From NCBI RefSeq assembly GCF_009914755.1, contig NC_060935.1: 64,000 nt of DNA. The stretch is one strand, 5' to 3'. Source of the stretch: the human T2T-CHM13v2.0 reference genome, Homo sapiens. Both the position numbers and the translations under genes were made by a program. Shown piece by piece: positions 16,635 to 64,000 of this stretch. A model generated the notes under the pieces. The model made no database searches. It saw only the letters and a program-made list of their open reading frames with translations, and was not told where the DNA came from. Numbering within the stretch: position 1 is the first letter of the stretch; every line of letters starts with the position of its first letter.

Positions 16635-17580
16635 TAATTTGCAAAAAAATAGAAATTCCCATTCAAAGCAGCTTCAGTAGAAGACTGAATGGCTGCTACC
16701 AGTTTGCTGCAGAATAGGCAGGCATATTGACCTCAGGTATGGCTAGATCCAGGGACTTGAACACTATCCAAATTCTCTCTCTGCGCTCCTTGCTGTCACA
16801 CTCATTCTTTCAGACCAGCTTGTGGGGGACCACCTGGGAAAGCTCCAGGTTTACATCCTAACATGAGCCCAGAGAGGAAAATATTTGTCTCTGCTGTCTC
16901 CAGTGCCAATTCCTGTGAAAGACTCTGATTGCCCCAATTAGGTAACATACCTGTACCTCGGTTGGTCACAATGGCAATGGAAACAAGAACTGCGATTTGT
17001 CCAGTCTGGGTCACATGCCTACCCCGGTAGCCTAGAGGTCTGGGTCTGTACCAGAGGAGGAGAGAAAGGTGTTCGACAGAAAAATAAAATAAATAACTGC
17101 TAAACTACCTAGTATGTGTATACCCCTCTAGAGTTTACAAAGTGCTCTCATATGATTCATGCCTTTTGAGTCTCACAACCATCCTATAGAGAGGCGACAT
17201 GAAGTATTACTAAGAAACGTGGTGGATTAAGATGGCTACAAATTCTTTGTCACTGCCTCCATTGAGAGATGGAGTTCATTTCCCTTTCACTTGAATCTGG
17301 CCTGGCTCCATGTTACTTAACCAATAAAATGTGATACAACTTACTACAACTCGTTCTCTGCCTCACCTTTTAAAGGACTTGCAGCTTCCACTTTATTCCT
17401 CTGCGAATGCTCACTCTTAAGATGCTCCCTCTCCAAACTAGCCACAATAGAGTGAGATGTCCAATCTACATGGACTGGTCATGAGTGGACACTCCAGTCA
17501 ACAGTTCCAGCTGAGCTCTCAGCTGCCAGCCAACGTCAGCTGCCAGCCATAGTAAGTGACCCATGTTGGACATTCCAGGG
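16635..17580. mobile_element. Two old MLT1-type LTR fragments
   Basis: 'ctcaggtatggctagatccaggg' and 'gattaagatggctacaaattcttt...cttgaatctgg' motifs. Confidence 0.55.
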
Positions 17581-18269
17581 TGGTTCGGTTGGCAGCAATT
17601 GATCGCCAAAACAGAAATGAAGACTCATTGATTTGAGGTCCCACGGCTAGAAAGTATCTGTGGTAATGCTAAGCCAGATGCTCTGACTCTAAGCCCACTT
17701 GGGCTTTGATTCCTCACTGCCTTCTATTAAAAACAGAACAAGTCTCGATTCAAAATCTCCAAGTGTAGAATTTCTGCCAAGGATGCAGGTTGAGGAAGTG
17801 AAGCATGTAATTTGGTCATTTATTCAGCTTTGTTCATTTATGCCAGGCAACTGAACAAAGTGCACTCCTGGTTCTCAAGAAACTTAGAGTGTAATCAATA
17901 GAGAGCCCTCTAAACAGCTCATTTCAATAAGAACTCCTAAGTGCCATGGGGCAGCATGTGCAGGAACCCATGTCCAGGCACTAAACCTAGCCCAAGGGAT
18001 GAAATAATATGCACATGTTTTATCGGGTATGGAAGAGTATCTCCGTGCCTGTATGGAGGATGCTGAAAAAATGTTTAAAATGAATACAAATATTCTTCAA
18101 GATAAATGTGACAGGAAATGGGGAGAGAGGCTGAGAAGAACCCTAATATTTGGGAAGGAAACGTGAATTCTAGTCCTGGTTCACCCTTGACTGAAATGTG
18201 CCCTTGGCCAAGTTGCTGAATCTCTCTGTAACTCAGTATCCTGATCTGTAAATCTGAGGTGGAATCACA

Positions 18270-19215
18270 CTATTTCTTCCTGTACCTTCCTTCCTCCTAC
18301 TCCATCCCTTTAAGTTTTGGTGTTCCTCGGAGTTTGGTTCTTTGCTCATTGCTCTTCTCACTCTGCAAATTCTCCCTAAGTGATCTCATCCATTCCGCTA
18401 GGGTTTGTTATTACTCATGTAACAAGGAAATCCCTTTATGCTTAGCCTAGTTCTTTCTGTGGGCTATCTACCGATGTATTCATCTGCTTACAGTACATCA
18501 CTGGATGTTCTACAGGCACATGAAGTTCAATATACACAGAGCTTGGCTCATCACCCTACCCACTTAACTGCCATTTCTGATTTCTCCCTTTACAATCAAG
18601 AATCAACACTGCTACCCAAGCTAGTGGCCTATGAAATCAACTTCACTTTCCCTTTTCTCTCAATCTCACATGCAATTGTTTGTCAAGTACTGCTAATTTT
18701 GTGTCCTAAGTTTCTGAAATGCATCCCTTTGTCTAGATATCTCATAAACAGCTCAAATTCAAAATATTCAAAGCTTAACTTATTACTTCTCCCTCCTGGT
18801 TCTCTTCCTGTGTGTTCCAGGAGGATGTTATCACTATCTACCCAGGTGCTAGGTATCTGGGACTTGGGCATCACCCTTGTTTTCTCCTCTTGTGCCTCCC
18901 ATAACCAGGTAACCACCAATTCCTGATGTTTGGCTTCCTATTCAATCTACTCACCTCTCTCCATTCTCATTGCTATTATCTTTCACTTTCTGTAGTAGTA
19001 TACGGCCTTCTGTCTTCACTCTCTCTGACCTTTTCCCCACTGTGCAGCCAGATCTGATCGTGTCAGCAACTTCCCATCCCCACCCCCCATTTTTAATCCT
19101 TTGATTCCTGATGTTTAACCCCCATGACCCAGACTGCAAAATCTAGTATAGGCATCATAATCCATCCAGAGTAACATAATGTACTCGGCACATAACAGAT
19201 ACTCAATAGGTATTA
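18270..19215 (+). mobile_element. L2 fragments
   Basis: Pyrimidine-rich L2 body ending in 'ggcacataacagatactcaata'. Confidence 0.6.
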
Positions 19216-19436
19216 ACCTGTGCTCACCGCCTGATTATTGGTTATTTACAGCAGATAAATCCGTGAGGTGCTCTCCGTGCGCTGTACCTCTGGAGGCACA
19301 GGGTAACATACGGCTCATTGTTGTTATGAGCTGGAGGCCTTAAATGAAAGCTATAAGACGTTAACTGCGCATAATAGTACCAATGAATTCCGTAGTCAGT
19401 ACAGAAAAGGATGCATATCCCAAGATATCTTCATGA

Positions 19437-19814
<378 letters not shown>

Positions 19815-19993
19815 CCATACGGGAAAACGTCAAAGCCTGACAGGTGTGACAAATAATGGGCCCCTAGGCAGGCTGGGGCTGGCGCGTGCCTGTGCGCGTG
19901 CGCGGGGCGCGGGGTTTTTAACACCGCGCAGCCTTCCCGGCGGCCCCCGAGGAAGGCGGGACAGGGCCTATTCCCGCGGTTTGGTCCGGCCAT

Positions 19994-20009
19994 TGGCGGG
20001 CGGTTTGAA
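19994..20009 (+). promoter_or_regulatory. CDE/CHR cell-cycle element (DREAM/MuvB site)
   Basis: TGGCGG + 4-nt spacer (GCGG) + TTTGAA, the canonical CDE-N4-CHR arrangement, at the presumed TSS. Confidence 0.8.
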
Positions 20010-20144
20010 TGACGGAAGTGACGGCGGCTCGGCGATGGCTCTCCCGCAGGCGCAGAAACGGCTGCTGGGCAGCTGATGGGCAGGAGCTTACCAGGCTGGC
20101 TTGCTCTGAGCTGCGGTTACTGTGTCCAGGCCCCGGGTTCTCAG
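20010..20144 (+). other. CEP295: CEP295 non-coding exon 1 (TSS approximate)
   Basis: Strong donor CAG|GTGAGT at 20144/20145 inside the CpG island. The start is inferred from promoter motifs only. Confidence 0.8.
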
Positions 20145-20485
20145 GTGAGTCAGGGATGCACTGGCTTCCCAGTCGCCCCGTAGGAGCATGACTCCCCGAG
20201 GCCCAAGAGCTGGGATTGTATTCCGGAGGAATGGGATCCCAGGAAGGCGCCTTGTTGCGAACGCAGGTACGGCTCGCGTTTCTCAGGCTCCGCAGGCCGT
20301 GGGCCCTGCCCGCGGTCGGGCTGGCGGCTGTAAGGAGTGTCCGGACCAGACCCGGTAACTCAGTGCGAGAGGCTTTGCGCGCTCTCCTGGGGTCGGGTCG
20401 CGCGAGCTTCCCACGCAGCCTCCCCTGTCGCGGAGCTTCCGTGTCGGGGGAGGGGCGCTTCCCCCAGATCACCCGCGGACATGGC

Positions 20486-20499
20486 CTGCCACCTGGTAG
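20486..20499 (-). promoter_or_regulatory. Weaker candidate CTCF site at CpG island 3' edge
   Basis: Reverse complement CTACCAGGTGGCAG, one mismatch from CCACCAGGTGGCAG. Confidence 0.45.
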
Positions 20500-20929
20500 C
20501 TGTTAAAAGAGCCTTGCCTGGATCGTTTCATGCAAAGAGCACGCTCTCTTTTGGTGTCTGCCACCTTAATCTCACAGTTATTCAATCCTGTCACAAACTC
20601 AACTTTTAAAACAATGGTGAACTTTTGAGTCCTTAATACTTAGAGTGTATTTGAAGACTTCACGCTAAGTCACATAGACGTCAGAACAAACCTTTTGGGG
20701 TAGATATTATTATTCCCTTTATACAATTTAAGAAAACGAAACCAAAGTGACTTCAGTGACTTGGCCAGTATCTTCCTGCTAATAAGTGGCAGTGTTGGGT
20801 CTTGAACCCAGATCTTCCAAGTTTAGTGTTAATTTTGTGATTACTATGTACCAGGAGCCATTTAATCCTCAGGACGAAATCTTGCAAGATAAGTAGTATA
20901 ATCTTCAATATTGGATAGTAATAAAATGT

Positions 20930-22070
20930 AGAATTTAAAAATCCATATTACTAAGAATAAATAATTAATAAACAAGTAAATGGGGCAGCAGGGAAAACTT
21001 CCTTACAGCAGGATTCCGATTGATAATTGTAGAAGGAATAATGGAAATAGAAAATACTATTTGGTAAACACCACAGTAGTTGTTTCAGACAACAGTCATC
21101 AATGGATACTAACGTCAATGGGCAAAAGTATGATGAAAAGCATATTTCTGTAGCCTCTACTCTGTCTTCATGAGATATTTATAAAGGAAAAGTAGTAACT
21201 ACAGAGGAGAAACCTGGTGGACATCATCTTAACCAAGTGACCAAAATTCAGCATCATTTACCTCTTGATAACAATGCACTGAAAAGGTGCCTAATCAATT
21301 CTGTGGTGTTCTTGCCAAAAATACATAACCTCAGTTTAATCACATAAGATTAGACAAATCTAAATGGAGGGACATTCAACAAAGTACTTGGCCAGTATTT
21401 TCAAAAATGACAGGGTCTTGAAAAGACAGACTGAGAAACTGTCCCAGATTAAGGGGGACATGACAACTTTGACATGAGAATGTAACTCACATATCTTAAT
21501 CTCCTGCATTCTGAAATCTCCATTTGCACTGAGGCCATGCTTCCCATGGGCTGCTCCTAGCCACTGACAGTGGCAGGCCTGTTCCTGAGAATCTCCCCAC
21601 GGGTTCTTGCTGAACATTTCTTATACTGCATGGCTGTCTAAGAGGGGTCTACCCATTGTTACTTCCCTCCATTCAGTGTTAGACTTACACTGAAGTCTGA
21701 GGCGCTTGTAACTTTTATCAGCTCCCTCCCATTTTCCCTCACACACGCATTTCTCCTAATAAAATATTTGCAGGTTTACTCCCATCTTAGCGTCTGCTTT
21801 TTAGATGACACACAGTTACACAGCAACAAATGCAATGTGTTATATCCTTGGATTGGCTTCTGGTCCAGAAAATAGACATTAGTGTGATAATTGACAAAAA
21901 TTGAATACTGCCTGTAGATTAGTAAAAAATATTGTGTCAGTGTTAATATTCAGATTTTGATCATTGTACCATGGTTATGTACAAGACGTTGACATTTGGA
22001 GAAGCTGGGGAAAGGGCAAATGGGAATTCTAAGCCTGAAATTTCCAAATAAAAAGTTTAAAAAATTTAAA
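20930..22070 (+). mobile_element. L1M 3'-UTR fragment interrupted by an LTR-like insert (~21480-21821)
   Basis: L1M motifs 'gagaaacctgg..catcttaaccaagtga' and 'aaatgcaatgtgt..cctggattgg'; the insert has TG...CA ends and AATAAA. Confidence 0.6.
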
Positions 22071-23796
22071 AATTATACACAAGAAGAAACAGTTATTCTA
22101 TCGCATTTTAGGAGCTTAAAAATAATAAATGTTTATATGTTTTTCAATAATCCTCTGAGATGAAGTAATGGATACCTAAAATTTGAAATATTAGGATTTT
22201 TTTCCTCTTAAAGTATAAGAATAAAACACAAATCTAGGTATACCATTTGAGGAATTTTTACATATGTATACACTTGTCTAAACCATCATACAGATCAAAA
22301 TATATAAATTTTCAGTACCCCAGCAAGCTTCTTTGTGCCATCTCCGAGTCAGTAACTTCCAGTAAGGTAACTTTATTTTTACCTCTCATGGATTAGTTCT
22401 GCTTGTTCTTGAACTTTATATAAATCAATTTTGTTGTACTTTTTTGTGTCTGGCTTTTTAAAAATTCAGCAATATTATGTCTATGAGATTCATCAGGAAT
22501 TAGTCTTAATTATTTAAATATGAGGGAATTTCTTAGACCTTCAGACAAAATAATAAAGATACATTGTGAAGATTAATCTTGTTCTTTTTTCTTCTTTGTT
22601 AAATTTTCTGTTTTTTAAATTCTCACTCTCAAAAAACAACAGCTTAAATAAAATTTTCGCCACTCCACATATTTTTGTGTGTTGGAAAGTTAGGAGCCAT
22701 TTGGAATAAGGAAACCAGATTCTTCCCTTGGCTCCGCCACTAGATGTTGTCACTCAGGGAAAGTCCTTTAACCCAAGAGGCCTTGTTTCTTCATGTATAG
22801 CATGAAAAATATAATCAGTAATTTAGTTACCATTACCAAAGCCGTGTGAATATTAGATGAGTAGGATGCATTAAAAGATTTTTTTAATGCCAGCAGTTAG
22901 TCCTTTTTGGTGTTAGAGTCTTATTGAAGGTTGTGATGATTGTGTATAGCTCTGTAGCACTTCACATAAATTAACTCATTGAGTCATTCATTCAGTCAAC
23001 ACACTTACTGAAGTAACTACCTATGGGCGAGACACTGTTTTCAGGCTATGGACATAAAATGGTGAATAAGTCCATTCTGCCCTGATGAGCTTACATTCTG
23101 ATGGAGAAGTCACTGGAAAGGTATTAGTCCCTGTTAGGTAATCCCACAGTCTCCTAGCCCCTATTCTGTTTACACCTGGTTGAAAACATTGTGCATCCAT
23201 AGTATGTGAAATATTACCTGGTAGTTATTTATTAAATTTAATTGAATATTAAAATTTTTATTAAAAAACCCATAGCCATTGTCCTTCAATTGTTAGGAAT
23301 CTAACTAGAAAGAGCAAACTGTAATTGATGAAAAACTACAGGAGGTAATACCAAGACAACATAAAATTAGTCCCCATCTGAATGTATAGGTAATAATGTA
23401 TTAGAGTTGGGCAAATCAGGAGTGGGAAATTGCAACAGGAATTATCAGAGGACAGCTTCGTAGAGGAAGGAGGGCTTAAGCCAGCTTTAGAAAGATGTAA
23501 ATATTCAGTAACTGAGATTGTCTGCCTGGTCATTGTGAGGGAGACCTGAGAAATGTTGATTGTCTCAGATAAAATGCTCATGTACTCATGTAAAGTGTCT
23601 AATTTTTTGGAAATGGCAGTAATAGGAGCCAGTTAATATCAGAATTACCTGAGGAGGGTATTCAAATTATAGAACTATAGATTCTTATATTTATTCCATT
23701 TCTTTTTGCCTCGTTCCCCCAAATAGGAGCATGTTATAATCTAGGGAGGAGAGAGAGAACACAGTGTGAACGGTAGCAACAGAAGAATAGATCTGG

Positions 23797-24084
23797 GCCA
23801 GGCGTGGTGGCTCACACCTTTAATCCCAGCAACTGGGGAGGCTGAGGCAGGTGGATCACTTGAGGTCAGGAGTTCGAGGCCAGTCTGGCCAACATGGTGA
23901 ACCCCTGTCTCTACTAAAAATGCAAAAATTAGCTGGGTGTGATGGCGCATGCCTGTAATCCCAGCTACTCAGGAGGCTGAGGCAGGAGAATCACTTGAAC
24001 TCAGGAGACGGAGGTTGTGGTAAGCCAAGATTGTGTCATTGCACTCCAACCTGGGCGACAGAACGAGACTCCATCTCAAAAAAA
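23797..24084 (+). mobile_element. Alu (S-type)
   Basis: 16-bp TSD AGAAGAATAGATCTGG at 23781-23796 and 24085-24100. Confidence 0.95.
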
Positions 24085-24671
24085 AGAAGAATAGATCTGG
24101 AAAACTAAACGCTTGATACAGCCGAGCAAGTCATTCATATAAAAATTACGTCACTATAATTATTGAAGAATTGTTTACTGTAGATTATAGAACATGGGAT
24201 TGATGTGATTTCATGAGGTAACAATGACACTTGGTGATCAAGTTATATGCAGTAGACTGGGAGTTGAATCTAGGAACAAAGAACCCTTGAAATTACAGCA
24301 ACCTTGCTAGTTATGAACAAGTTATGAAGGTTCTAAAGTGTCAGATTATAGTTTTGAAAACATTTATTCTATGCTAACATCTTTTTAGGTCTTTGTGCTT
24401 TTTCACATTTAAGCTCAGTAAACTCTGGAAATGCTAACCAGGAATAAGTCAGGTCCAGATACTCGAGGTAGACAATCTGCTATAAACAGGAGAAAACTTT
24501 TCTGAGTAATTCTGATTCAGTCTTCATTTCCACTTTCCCACCCTTCTGAGTATCACTGATCTAAGTGTGAATTTATAATTGCTATTTGTAAATAAGTTGG
24601 ACTTCGTTTACTCAAATTTTCCTTGCATGTATATAACCCTTTAAATATCAAAAGTATTAACACGAATTTTA

Positions 24672-24986
<315 letters not shown>

Positions 24987-25077
24987 CTAATCTTTGCTGC
25001 CCTATTTTAATGTTACATTATTTTTATAGACATTTTCCTTTTTGAATTCAGAACTGTCATACATAAAGTACACAGAA

Positions 25078-61290
<36,213 letters not shown>

Positions 61291-61344
61291 GTAAATAGAT
61301 GCTTTGATAAAACAAGATTTTTAAATAATTTGCCAGTTTTCTAC

Positions 61345-61633
<289 letters not shown>

Positions 61634-61762
61634 CTACATTTTTTCAGAGTGCTAAATGTTTTTTGTTAAACTTATAGCAGAAAAAGGAGATGGAAAAAAA
61701 AAAAAGAAACCTAGACTGACTTTCATGAAAAGGAAAAAATGGCTTATTTAAACAGTATTTAA

Positions 61763-62440
<678 letters not shown>

Positions 62441-62710
62441 CATCTCTGTAATTCTTAATAAATAGTCTTATGTGAATTTCATAATTTTTTTTAGAATTCA
62501 GATTCACTAAATAATTTTCTCGATCAAATTTATCAAAATAAATTATTTTTTAAAGGGGAACATTAGCTTTGTCAATAGAAAGGTACTTAGAAGTTGTATC
62601 CCCATTAGTATAGTAGTTGAAAAAAAAGCTGTAATGTTAATATTAGCTGTTTGATCTTCAGCTATAAAATATTGTACCTGTGTTTCTGAGCATTTGAAAG
62701 AATTAAGGGA

Positions 62711-62895
62711 GGTATGCCAGGTGCAATGACTCACACCTGTAATCCCAGCACTTTGGGAGGCTGAGATGGGAGGATCGAGACCAGCCTGGTGTAATGCAGG
62801 GAAACCCCCTCTGGTGGCGCTTGCCTGTAGTGTTCAGCTACTTGGGAGGCTGAGGTAGGAGGCTCACTTGAGCCCAGGGGGTTGAGACTGCAGTG
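62711..62895 (+). mobile_element. Degenerate, internally deleted Alu
   Basis: Alu pieces without a tail. Confidence 0.75.
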
Positions 62896-63569
62896 GTTTC
62901 TTTTAAGTCTAGGAGTAAGTCTAAATAAGTCAAGACCCCTAGGTAGGTGAACTAAAATCCCTACCAAAACCCCTGGTAGGTGAACTACCAGGCCCTCATG
63001 ATCTTTCTCTTCCTCCCTTCAAGACTTAGTAAGTGTCATTGGTTTGGTAAACTTATTCAGATTTCCTTCTCATGAAGTCTTGGTCTCATCATAGCCTTTA
63101 CCATACTTCTTAGGGTAATACTTCTATCATCATATTACATGCAAGTAATTTAAAAAGGGAAATAGCGCTGAAAGGTATAACATAAAACAGCAGTTCTTCC
63201 TGCCCCTACACACCGTTTAATACCACTCACTAGAGGCAGTTACTTTTCAAGTATTTTAAGTATTTCTTCTTGTATTTACTTCCATAGTTGCAGTGGGTTT
63301 AAGCAAAAATTAAGCTAAATTGTCATTATGGTGATACATAGACCTTTTTTGCTGCGGAGTCCATTAGTATATTATGTTATTATATTTTATTTTTCTAAAC
63401 TTTTTTTCATGTAGTAAATTGTCTTATTTATTTAATTTGCTTAAAGTTTTTAGAGTGTCTGTCTTTCCACTCTCTACTACTTCAGTTAAATACCTCTCAA
63501 TATAATGTAGTTTGTACTATTTTCTCTTTTTGTGGAACACCTTTTAGTTGGAAGTTGTATGGGCCGTGC

Positions 63570-63794
63570 TATGCATTCTTAACAAGGGTGTTTTTTCCCC
63601 CAGAGGGATAAAAATTGGTTCTTGGGGAGGTGAAAAAAAACTTTTACTATTTATATGTACAAAGCACAAATATGCATAAATAGATATACAGTATATTTGT
63701 GGTTATTAAAACTGAACGGGGGTAGAGGCAGTTTAAAAAGGAAAAGTCTAAAAAGACTCCTTAAGGGATGATAAAAATAAGGTTGAGAAATACT
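63570..63794. mobile_element. hAT-Charlie-type fragment
   Basis: Ends in 'aaggttgagaaatactg', a Charlie-like TIR. Confidence 0.5.
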
Positions 63795-64000
63795 GATCTA
63801 TATTGATCTTTCCATTTTTTCTTCTCTTTCTTTTTCTTTGGGTTTTGTTTTGTGGGCTAATTTTCTTAATTTTGTGTTCTGACTTTTCTTTTGAACTTTT
63901 GATGATCAAATTGTAGTTTCTAAAAGGTTACTCTTTTTCTCTGATTATTTTCTTTTTTTATAGCATCCTGCTATTGTTTCATGGATGCAGAATGTTGTCT

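Noticed and set aside
19918-20472. 184-aa antisense ORF and other ORFs over the promoter
   Set aside because: Expected from stop-codon scarcity in a CpG island; low-complexity R/P/A/G composition.
62804-62819. CTCF-like motif made by an Alu deletion (and a similar one near 22736)
   Set aside because: Both lack the key GGC of the core motif.

Overview
Human-type (primate, Alu-rich) genomic DNA holding the 5' ~70% of CEP295 (KIAA1731, centriole protein, Drosophila Ana1 orthologue) on the + strand. A CpG-island promoter and non-coding exon 1 lie at ~19.8-20.5 kb. Sixteen coding exons (ATG at 25078) join in frame through 61290, giving 5596 coding nt (~1865 codons), and the gene continues past the window. 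The first 19.5 kb is intergenic and made of Alu, MIR, L2, L1, MaLR and MER5 relics. I found no convincing novel biological system. The most notable observations are: (1) a decayed but co-linear, near full-length hAT/Ac-type (ZBED-like) transposase fossil on the minus strand of intron 6; (2) ~10 degenerate ~100-aa repeats inside the 3.5-kb exon 15; (3) an exon 10/11 duplication signature; (4) a textbook CDE/CHR promoter with overlapping uORFs; (5) several template-switch scars (hairpins, templated insertions, a 123-bp tandem duplication). Exon coordinates were read by hand from splice signals and frame continuity. Repeat boundaries and subfamily names are approximate, by-eye calls.
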